Source: a bacterium
GTDB lineage: Bacteria > Zhuqueibacterota > Zhuqueibacteria > Residuimicrobiales > Krinioviventaceae
Length of the DNA stretch: 64,000 nucleotides
Direction: 5' to 3'
Assembly: GCA_963675755.2 (NCBI GenBank)
Contig: CAXXMD010000003.1
Location: forward strand, 3,040,001-3,104,000
Below are positions 40,570-48,936 of this stretch, piece by piece. The notes below the pieces were generated by a model that worked only from the letters and a program-made list of their open reading frames with translations, did not search any database and was not told the DNA's origin. The first letter of the stretch is position 1. Each line of letters opens with the position of its first letter. The translations under genes and the position numbers were made by a program.

Positions 40570-41106
40570 TTATCGAATACTGAGGTCACGTTCCCAGCCT
40601 TCATGTTCCAGAACCAGAATTTCCATTGCTTCATCACTACTGTTTTTTTCCAGTTTGGTCAAGGGAACATATTTTGAAGGCCAGCATTTGTAAACCATAA
40701 AAGCCATCAAGGTTCTGCCCGTATTGTCTATCAGTTCAATAATAATATCTTTACGAAAATCTCTCAAAGAGACTTCTGATCCCAATCCGCTGCCCACATA
40801 GCTGACTTTATTTGCCCATTTTTCAAATTCATTGTCCATTGAGCGAGGTCTTTTAAGAACAATGGGTTGATACTCGGTCTGTCCGGGTGCCCTTTGTGCA
40901 GTATTGGGACTTGCTCCATTACGATATTCAATGACCTCGGTTGTTCTTACCAGATCACTAACAAATGAAACATCAGGAATAACCTTTCCATCCCATTTGA
41001 CATGGAAATCGACCTGTACATTCCCGGTTGATGGTGGTTGAGCGGATGAATTAAAAAATAAAGTGAATATAAAGAAGGTTAATAGAATGAATTTTACTTG
41101 TTTCAT
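40570..41106 (-). CDS. Second phage tail tube protein homologue with N-terminal signal peptide
   Basis: FHVKWDG, RTTEVIEYRNG, PGQTEYQPIVLKR, FEKWANKV, GSGLGSEVSLRDFRKDIIIEL, VYKCWP, LEHEGWERD. Preceded by MKQVKFILLTFFIFTLFFNSSA. Confidence 0.88.
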   Translation of the reverse strand: MKQVKFILLTFFIFTLFFNSSAQPPSTGNVQVDFHVKWDGKVIPDVSFVSDLVRTTEVIEYRNGASPNTAQRAPGQTEYQPIVLKRPRSMDNEFEKWANKVSYVGSGLGSEVSLRDFRKDIIIELIDNTGRTLMAFMVYKCWPSKYVPLTKLEKNSSDEAMEILVLEHEGWERDLSIR

Positions 41107-41183
41107 AATTTCCTCCTGATTTGTTATAACTATAAACCCTTGTTATTGCGAATTTATTCTAAATCAGGATATGGTTTTTATTA

Positions 41184-41528
41184 TCAATAAAAGATGAGCA
41201 GGGTCACAAAGAGAAAGAGTTTTAGCAAATTTATTAAATGTAATGGATAATTAAAGCAGAATGTAACCTCGGGTTTTGTTTTCCATTCAATAAAACGCCA
41301 TAGATGGGTAATAATCAGTATGAGGAATAGTATTTTGGTAGCCGAGGGCGTTTCATTCAACATCAAATAAATGAGCAATATAGAAAAGATGATATCTGAA
41401 ATTCCCAGAATAATATTTTTGACCGTGGCCCATAACGTACGCTTCAAGATTACGAGTTTGAGTAACAAGAGAGATGATTCTCCCCCGAGAAGAATTGTAG
41501 TGATTACTATTAGTAAAGAATATCGCAA
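41184..41528 (-). CDS. Small integral membrane hypothetical protein
   Basis: About four hydrophobic segments. TTG start at 41528 chosen because it directly follows the upstream stop. Confidence 0.55.
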   Translation of the reverse strand: MRYSLLIVITTILLGGESSLLLLKLVILKRTLWATVKNIILGISDIIFSILLIYLMLNETPSATKILFLILIITHLWRFIEWKTKPEVTFCFNYPLHLINLLKLFLFVTLLIFY

Positions 41529-41529
41529 A

Positions 41530-42306
41530 TTATTTTTTCCGTGTAAAAAGCAACCCGGACCAGATATTATCAATAGAGCATATTTTATAATCAACCAGGC
41601 CGGCAGCTAGTCCTGTATTGCGTATCAGGGTTTGTGTTAAATCGGTTTTTACCCCCGATGATTTTTTAGGCCAGGCGATCCACAGTTTTTTTTCTCCGTA
41701 TTTCTGGCTGATTGCTGCAATTTGCTCTTCCAGGTCAGCCATGCTGTTGAGAAACCAAAGGGTGACATCACCCTGAGCGTTCCCTGAGGATTGCATTCTG
41801 GCACCAACGGGGAGCTGAGGGGCAAGCATGTCTTTAAAACCTTCAGGTTCATTTAACAGCGTAACAACAGAGTCTGGTTTGATACCGAGTTTTTTAGGAA
41901 GGGGGGTACCCGAATAGGCGGCCATTACAGATTCCGGCACAACAGGGGCCGCGGGAGGAGATTCTATTGCCTGTTTAAGAGCATTTTGAATATGCTCCCA
42001 TTCCGTATAAACGGCATCGGGTAAAATGGATTGGGTTTTTAAAACTTTGTCTGGTTCTCCTTCAACAAATACGAGAGGCATATTACGTGTGTTTTTATAA
42101 CTTCTGAAACCAATTGCTACATCCCGGCCTACTGATGGTTTGCGTGAAAGATCAATAACCATTATATCCGGAGGATCATCACGCAATTGTCTCATGCTCT
42201 TGTTGTCCAGCGGACCTGATGCTACCTGGTAACCCAAAGATTGTAGTATTTCTGATAAAGATACTGCTTTTTCAGCATCCCAATGTAAAAGATAAATTGA
42301 ATACAT
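41530..42306 (-). CDS. Receiver-like domain fused to a DUF3052-like domain
   Basis: PDIMVIDLS...PLVF (REC-like), followed by YSGTPLPKKLGIK...LWIAWPKKSSGV...GLVDYK...WSGL. Confidence 0.72.
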   Translation of the reverse strand: MYSIYLLHWDAEKAVSLSEILQSLGYQVASGPLDNKSMRQLRDDPPDIMVIDLSRKPSVGRDVAIGFRSYKNTRNMPLVFVEGEPDKVLKTQSILPDAVYTEWEHIQNALKQAIESPPAAPVVPESVMAAYSGTPLPKKLGIKPDSVVTLLNEPEGFKDMLAPQLPVGARMQSSGNAQGDVTLWFLNSMADLEEQIAAISQKYGEKKLWIAWPKKSSGVKTDLTQTLIRNTGLAAGLVDYKICSIDNIWSGLLFTRKK

Positions 42307-42322
42307 GTAGAATTATCAATCA

Positions 42323-43753
42323 CTAGTTAATTTTTATGTTAAAAACCAGTACTACAAGTGTAAATGTAAACAGTGTGATCAACATAACAAACAAGATATT
42401 GAGGAAAATCCCCGCTCTTGCCATTTTGGGAATTGTAATGGTTCCGCTGCCATAAATAATTGCATTGGGTGGTGTTGCAACGGGCAGCATAAATGCGCAG
42501 CTCGCTGCTATGGCGGTAGGAACGACAAATAATAACGGATCTTGCCCAATACTAACCGCAACAGAAGCCATAATGGGTAAAAACGCGGCTGTTGTTGCAG
42601 TATTGCTCGTCAGCTCGGTTAAAAGGATAATACATGATGTTATAATAAATACAATGATGATAATGTGTAGATACTGAATTTGAGAGAGCTGGGTGCCTAT
42701 CCAAACAGAGAGACCTGTACTGCTAATTGCAGATGCCAGTGACAAGCCTCCCCCAAACAATAATAAAACACCCCAGGGTAATAACTGCATGTCTTTCCAG
42801 TCCAACAAAAACTCTCCCTTTTTCCAGTCTGAAGGTACAAGAAACATGAGCAGTGCTCCCAGAATTGCTATGCCTGTATCAGAAATGCCGGGAACGATGT
42901 CGTGCAACAAGGGACGTATGATCCAAAGTATGGCAACTAGTGCAAAAACAACAGCGACTTTGATCTCGTTTGCAGACATTTTTCCCATTTTGGCAAGTTC
43001 GGATTTGATAAAGTCTTTACCACCACTAAATGAATTAATTTTTATCGGATATATTACATAAACCAATAACAGATATGAAAGAAAAATACCAATGATTACC
43101 AGGGGCACTCCAACAATCATCCATTTTACAAAATCCATTTGGAAACCATAGGTTTCATTTAAAAATGCCGCCATTAAGGCGTTGGGCGGGGTACCAATCA
43201 GTGTACCTAGGCCGCCAATGCTTGCAGAATAGGCAATACTTAATAATAAGACAACTGAGAAATTGCCTAGGTCACTATCATTATTACTGCTTTTTGCTAC
43301 TTCTACGATTGACAAGGCGATCGGCAGCATCATCATTGCGGTTGCAGTATTGCTGACCCACATGCTCAGAAACGCCGTAGCTATCATAAATCCTGCAATA
43401 ATGGAGCGGGGTTTCATACCTATGCTGCGGATGATTTCTAAAGCCATGCGTTTATGTAGATGCCAGCGTTGAATACCCAGGGCGACTACAAAGCCTCCCA
43501 TAAACAGAAAAATCAAAGGATTTGCATAGGGTGCGGCAGCTGGTTTTATTGCTGCTACACCAGTAATGGGAAACAAAACCAGGGGGATTAGTGCTGTTGC
43601 AGCAATGGGGATTGCTTCTGTGATCCACCAGACTGCCATCAGGCAACCGATAGCAGCGGTGTACCATGCTTCTGGTGATAGATTTTGAGGTGCGGGAAAG
43701 ATTAAAAATAGCAGAAACAGAGTTGGGCCTAGAAACAATCCGGTTTTTTTCAT
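42323..43753 (-). CDS. SLC13/DASS sodium:dicarboxylate or sulfate symporter
   Basis: WWITEAIP, LSMWVSNTAT, IGTPPN, TELTSNTAT, AFMLPVATPPNAI. Confidence 0.93.
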   Translation of the reverse strand: MKKTGLFLGPTLFLLFLIFPAPQNLSPEAWYTAAIGCLMAVWWITEAIPIAATALIPLVLFPITGVAAIKPAAAPYANPLIFLFMGGFVVALGIQRWHLHKRMALEIIRSIGMKPRSIIAGFMIATAFLSMWVSNTATAMMMLPIALSIVEVAKSSNNDSDLGNFSVVLLLSIAYSASIGGLGTLIGTPPNALMAAFLNETYGFQMDFVKWMIVGVPLVIIGIFLSYLLLVYVIYPIKINSFSGGKDFIKSELAKMGKMSANEIKVAVVFALVAILWIIRPLLHDIVPGISDTGIAILGALLMFLVPSDWKKGEFLLDWKDMQLLPWGVLLLFGGGLSLASAISSTGLSVWIGTQLSQIQYLHIIIIVFIITSCIILLTELTSNTATTAAFLPIMASVAVSIGQDPLLFVVPTAIAASCAFMLPVATPPNAIIYGSGTITIPKMARAGIFLNILFVMLITLFTFTLVVLVFNIKIN

Positions 43754-43953
43754 GAGCATCCCTATATATGAACTGAAAAGTATGGCCCTGATCTTGATAA
43801 GCATCAGGACCTTTCGGAAATTATGCGCCAGCTTGGTACTGGTATTATTAATATCGGATATTTTTTGAAATTGTCAAGTGTTGATCCGAAAAAATGAAAA
43901 ATAATCTTGAATTATATTGTATCCAGTATAAAATTAATAATAAATATTATAAT

Positions 43954-45282
43954 TCAAGCTCTGGGTTTTATCTTCCAGGTGAATGCCAGCAGAATGATAG
44001 AGACAAGAGTGCAGCCAAGAATGCAGAAAATGATCACATCCCATCCGGTGGTTGTACCGTATACCCGGCTAAAATAATCGGCAATCCAGCCAAAACCTTT
44101 TGCCTGGGCGGTCCTGCCCATATAGCCAAAGAGACCTATGAATCCCGCAGCGGTGCCCACTGCTTTTTTAGATGTAAGATCCAAACCGGATACTCCCAAT
44201 AGCATTACGGGCGGGTAGACAAAAAATCCGATAATGGCAAGGAATGTCATGTCGAGCCAGAGATGGCCGGGAGGATTGAGATAAATACCGGTAAACGCAG
44301 CGAAAATAGGGATCATGCAGAGCAGACTCAGCATTCCTCGTCGTCCGCCCATTTTATCGGACAGCCACCCGGAGATCAGGGTAGAGGGGATTCCGCCAAA
44401 CTCGATAATAAGGATCGCCAAACCACCGCTGGTGAGTGTTGCGTGTTTCACTTCACGCAAATAAAGCGGACCCCAATCCAGCATGCTGTATCTTACAATG
44501 TATACAAAAAAGTTTGCTATTGCAAAAATCCAGAGGTATTTATTTTTTAGGATATTTTCAACAAACAGTTCCCGGGTGGTGAGCTCTTTTTCAAATGTTA
44601 AACCTGATTCAGGAAAATCGTTTTTATATTCTTCAATTGGAGGCAGGCCAACAGATTGGGGCGTGTCTTTTAATCTAATAAAAAGATATATAGAGCCTAC
44701 CAAGGCGATAGTTCCAGGAAAGTAAAAAGCTGCCTGCCAGCCAAAGTGAGATGCCGCAAATGCAGCTAGAATACCTGCAATACCACCCCCAATATTATGC
44801 GCAACATTCCAGATGGCAAATATAGAGCCTCTTTCTTTTAGACTGAACCAATGCCCAATGGAACGACCGCAAGGGGGCCAGCCCATACCTTGCACAAACC
44901 CGTTAAGTGACCACAATAATAAATGAACCGGATAACTGGCAATACCACCAAACATGAAATTGATAAGAGCTGTTAATAATAACCCAAATGCCATAAACGC
45001 CCTGGGATTGCTACGGTCTGATAATGAACCCATTAAAAATTTTCCAAGGCCATAGCAGATTGCAGTCAAAGCAAGGATATTGCCAATCATGTCATGGTTA
45101 TAGGCAAGAGCTCCTTCGATATCTTTGGCAACAACCGAAAGGTTATTGCGAACCAGATAAAATGTAGCATAACCCAAAAAGGTTGCTTCAAGAGTACTCC
45201 ATCTATACTTTTTGTAAAGATGGTCAGTTTTTGTTGCATCAACTCGGTCAATATGTGGTGCAGGTTTGAACAGAGATCTCAA
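43954..45282 (-). CDS. MFS organophosphate:Pi antiporter (GlpT/PgtP family)
   Basis: [65 protein letters not shown]. Confidence 0.92.
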   Translation of the reverse strand: MRSLFKPAPHIDRVDATKTDHLYKKYRWSTLEATFLGYATFYLVRNNLSVVAKDIEGALAYNHDMIGNILALTAICYGLGKFLMGSLSDRSNPRAFMAFGLLLTALINFMFGGIASYPVHLLLWSLNGFVQGMGWPPCGRSIGHWFSLKERGSIFAIWNVAHNIGGGIAGILAAFAASHFGWQAAFYFPGTIALVGSIYLFIRLKDTPQSVGLPPIEEYKNDFPESGLTFEKELTTRELFVENILKNKYLWIFAIANFFVYIVRYSMLDWGPLYLREVKHATLTSGGLAILIIEFGGIPSTLISGWLSDKMGGRRGMLSLLCMIPIFAAFTGIYLNPPGHLWLDMTFLAIIGFFVYPPVMLLGVSGLDLTSKKAVGTAAGFIGLFGYMGRTAQAKGFGWIADYFSRVYGTTTGWDVIIFCILGCTLVSIILLAFTWKIKPRA

Positions 45283-45298
45283 AGGTTACCTCCTGTAT

Positions 45299-48200
45299 TT
45301 ATGGTTTTAAAAATATTAAAGCATCTATATTGTTTTTTAAACCAAAATGGGTCTCAAAATTCAATTCTCCATCAAGTTCGAGTGTTTGTTGAGGTAAAGT
45401 GTCTGATAGTGATATTTCAATCTGCTTTTTTTCATTTGGCTTGATATCGTCAATTGTAAAATTACCCGATATTCCTTTGAATGCTATTACAGGATTTCTT
45501 AAGGTGAATGCTCTTTTATTTTGTATTTCTAAAACGACTTTTTGATCTTTATATGAAATCAGTTTTACCGCAGCATCAGCGTGAAATTGTTTGAATGCGT
45601 CAGCCATGGGCTGCCTGATCTCAAATCTTGAGTTGATGTCAATCAAACCCGGATGATGTTCTGGTACGTCGGTCAGTTTGTAAAATGTGCCACCTGCCAT
45701 ACCCTTGTCTAATCCCCATTGGCCCATGCCCCAAATGGCATCAAGCCCGGTTAACTCGTCCGGTCCCCAAAAACTGTTATATTCGGTATAAATAACCGGC
45801 AAGTTGTGTTCAAATCCCAGGTTTATACTTGTTTCAATAATGGGTTGTCTATCTGTGGATTTCTGAAACAATCCAAAATAGTAATTAATACCCATAATAT
45901 CCTGTCCCCGCCAGTTATCCTGACCGTATAGATTGGCATAATTTACCGGACGATTGTACGGATCATAGATTTTGTATGCAGGATAAACCGTAAGAAGGAA
46001 TTCATCCAAATTACTATGAATTTCATTGCAGGAATTCCAAAACAAAACGCCGGCATTGTCCTTGTACGCATTTACGAATTGGCGACTCACTTCCTGAATA
46101 CCTGCAAGGGGGGAACCATTGTAACGGGTAAATATTTCTTCTGATGATGCACACGAAAAATCGGCCAAAGCCATCCAGCACATGTTTTCTTCAAATGCCA
46201 GGTCAACAAGCCAGGTATTGGGATGGTCACCACGTAATGTGTTAAATCCGCATTCTTTGAGGATCTCCATTGCTTTTTTAGAGAGTGCCCGACTCGATCC
46301 CCATAAACCATGAACGTTAACACCTTTCATGATAAAAGGTTCACCATTGACCAGGATATCGGTTCCCTGTGTTTCTGCTACAGTAGATATTATTCGCTTG
46401 TCATAATGAACAGGGCCGTTATTCGTCTTTAATTCAAAATGCAGATCATAATATCCCCAGTTTGGGGTGGGTTGGAGCGTTGTTTGGGCTTTATCGGAAA
46501 GAGTGGTTTGGACTAGTTCTTTTTCATTAGTTGAAACGGTAATTTCAGTAGAATTAATTTTTGTTTTACCTGCTAAAAGATTGATGTCTATTGGGGTAGT
46601 AAATGTTGAACCCGATTTTTCAACATGATTGTGTCGTTTAACAAGTATTGCCATCTTGTTAGGCAATGCGATCGTTTCTTCTTTTTCTGTCATTGTCAGG
46701 ACGCTACCATCTTTGATGATACGTACCCTGGAAATCAGTTTGCCATACTGATGGATGTTATAATCCAGGCTGATTTGATTTTTCCCATGTTTTAATGATA
46801 TTTCCGGAAAGCTTGAAAATACAATATTGCCAGTCTCTGTTTGAACATCGAAAGCACAAATTGCATCAAGAGTGTTCTCACCATAATGGGTAACGTCTAT
46901 GGTACAGTGTGTTTGGTTTGTATTTTTATCCCACTCGGTTACCAGGGCGTTGATCTCGATTAGCCGCGCAGTTATATAAACCGGGCACAGGGTGTATAGC
47001 CTGCCTGTATTGAAATAGTTAATGGATTCAGGATTGTTTAAAAGTACCCATTGAAATGGACCTTTTTTCGTAGTATCCCTAACAGTAACAGTAAGGTAAT
47101 GCTTGCCTGTAAATATTTTGGGCATATGGATCGCGGCAGTAGCATCCAATGGTGTTTGCAGAGGAAGTGAAAATGTTATGTTTTGTAAATGGGAACCGGG
47201 TTTCCATGTTGAGGTGGCAGGGGCAGGATTGATAATCTCTGTTTGCAGTATCTGTCCATATTCATTGCAAATGTGATACATGAACTGTAAATCTTGATTG
47301 ATGGTAGAGCCTGTTACATTCCATGGTACAGATAGCGTGTAATCTTTACCCATTACAAATGATGTGCTCGAGTGGGAAATATCCCCAAATTGCAGGCTGT
47401 AGGTGCCATCGTGCTGTTGACCATGATATAAATTATCAGCCGAGTTTACAAGCTGTTCTGCATAATCAACTGCTTGATAAGTAGCTTTTTGCTCCCCCTG
47501 ATCCAGTCGTTCTTTTGCCAACCCAAGTAATGAGAGGGCACTTGAGTAAGCAGTTTTTTTCTTGAGCGTTTGAGGATCATTTAAATTCGCATTTTTTGAG
47601 TTTAGAAAGGATTCCATTTGTGTAGACAATTTGTTGATTTTGGCTTCCAGTTCTTTATTTGACCGGTATTCGATGGTTCGCTCATCAGATCCAAGCTGGC
47701 TGCCGTCAGAATGGGTTAATTCAATTTGCAGGGTATAGTGACCTTCATTCCGGATTTGTAATGGAGATTGGGCCAGAATTTCTTTCAATGGGAGTGTGAA
47801 TGACCCGGAAGGAATATTTTGGGATGTTTTAAATTTTAGAGTTTTGTTGTTATGTTTGAGTGAAATTAATATTTCACAATTTTGCACTGCTTTTTGAAAG
47901 TTTGTATACAGATTAAATTCGGGGAGCGATTTGTTCAAAATAATGTGCTTGGGAGTGGATAAAAAGACTGTTGGCGGGGTAATGGTTACATCTTTATCTG
48001 ATGATATAAAATGTGCTATCCTTGCATAACCTGACCAGCATCTAACTCCATAACGGCCTTGCAGACTGTTGTCGCTCTTTGCCTGAATGACCCATTCTTT
48101 GGGTTCCTGTTCAGTGACAGACCAGAACTTGCAGTAAATATTTTCTCCATCCAGCTTTACTTTTTGCCAGAACCAACCGGTTGGATTCCATTTGGTATCA

Positions 48201-48670
48201 AAGGTCAATCCTTTTCCCGCAGCCAGATCAAAAGTATAATCATCTATTGAGGCATCACGGTAACGTAAACTAGTACCCGAGTCTTCATCCTGTTCTATCC
48301 AGTATTGTGGACGTCTTTCTTTGGTATTGTGGTAATATTCAACGTCTTGAGGAAAATCAGCTCTGAACATCAATATTCCGTCAGCATCTCTTTCAGTTGG
48401 AAGCGGATCTTTCCATAATACCTGAATATAACCATTTGCCATCTGTTGGGATTTTGCAAACAGTATAATATTTTTACCTTTAAATTCAATAACCTGTTTC
48501 CCATAACCCGGCGGGACTGATGGGTCATCAACAATTTCTGCCTGACCGTCACCGGCCATATCCAGGACTTGCCAGTCATCTAATGATTCACAGTTTGATT
48601 CAAATTCTGCATGTACAAAGGATGAATAGAACAAGATTAAAATGATAAAAACGTATCGGTTCTTGAGCAT
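45299..48670 (-). CDS. Large secreted protein with C-terminal GH2-like TIM barrel
   Basis: Signal peptide, LVNGEPFIMKGVNVHG, GFNTLRGDH, WNSCNE (acid/base-like), YTEY (nucleophile-like). Confidence 0.75.
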   Translation of the reverse strand: MLKNRYVFIILILFYSSFVHAEFESNCESLDDWQVLDMAGDGQAEIVDDPSVPPGYGKQVIEFKGKNIILFAKSQQMANGYIQVLWKDPLPTERDADGILMFRADFPQDVEYYHNTKERRPQYWIEQDEDSGTSLRYRDASIDDYTFDLAAGKGLTFDTKWNPTGWFWQKVKLDGENIYCKFWSVTEQEPKEWVIQAKSDNSLQGRYGVRCWSGYARIAHFISSDKDVTITPPTVFLSTPKHIILNKSLPEFNLYTNFQKAVQNCEILISLKHNNKTLKFKTSQNIPSGSFTLPLKEILAQSPLQIRNEGHYTLQIELTHSDGSQLGSDERTIEYRSNKELEAKINKLSTQMESFLNSKNANLNDPQTLKKKTAYSSALSLLGLAKERLDQGEQKATYQAVDYAEQLVNSADNLYHGQQHDGTYSLQFGDISHSSTSFVMGKDYTLSVPWNVTGSTINQDLQFMYHICNEYGQILQTEIINPAPATSTWKPGSHLQNITFSLPLQTPLDATAAIHMPKIFTGKHYLTVTVRDTTKKGPFQWVLLNNPESINYFNTGRLYTLCPVYITARLIEINALVTEWDKNTNQTHCTIDVTHYGENTLDAICAFDVQTETGNIVFSSFPEISLKHGKNQISLDYNIHQYGKLISRVRIIKDGSVLTMTEKEETIALPNKMAILVKRHNHVEKSGSTFTTPIDINLLAGKTKINSTEITVSTNEKELVQTTLSDKAQTTLQPTPNWGYYDLHFELKTNNGPVHYDKRIISTVAETQGTDILVNGEPFIMKGVNVHGLWGSSRALSKKAMEILKECGFNTLRGDHPNTWLVDLAFEENMCWMALADFSCASSEEIFTRYNGSPLAGIQEVSRQFVNAYKDNAGVLFWNSCNEIHSNLDEFLLTVYPAYKIYDPYNRPVNYANLYGQDNWRGQDIMGINYYFGLFQKSTDRQPIIETSINLGFEHNLPVIYTEYNSFWGPDELTGLDAIWGMGQWGLDKGMAGGTFYKLTDVPEHHPGLIDINSRFEIRQPMADAFKQFHADAAVKLISYKDQKVVLEIQNKRAFTLRNPVIAFKGISGNFTIDDIKPNEKKQIEISLSDTLPQQTLELDGELNFETHFGLKNNIDALIFLKP

Positions 48671-48905
48671 TAGTTTACCTCGAGCTGATTGTGTGCGTGT
48701 TGTAGATTGTTAAGAGTATTTGTTATATGGGTATGTACAAATATTTAATGATATAAAAGGATTCTCGAAAATCCTTGCCAAAAAATATAAACAGTTGCGT
48801 TACTTATATTATGAAAATATATGAATTATACAAGTAAAACAACGTAATTCTTGAATAGAAGGGGAGTGAGAAAAAGTTTGGGAATTTGAGATTAATATTT
48901 AATTC

Positions 48906-48928
48906 AAGGCCGGTAAGCACCGGCCCTT
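48906..48928 (-). terminator. Probable terminator hairpin
   Basis: GGCCGGT-GCTT-ACCGGCC just after the stop codon; weak U tract. Confidence 0.5.
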
Positions 48929-48936
48929 TGGATGTT

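Noticed and set aside
39970-41106. Prophage or complete eCIS/T6SS locus
   Set aside because: No sheath, baseplate, spike, capsid, terminase or integrase genes are nearby; the flanks are ordinary cellular genes.
43894-44202. 102-aa plus-strand ORF
   Set aside because: It is antisense to the well-supported GlpT-family gene. The same applies to the many other short shadow ORFs in the track.
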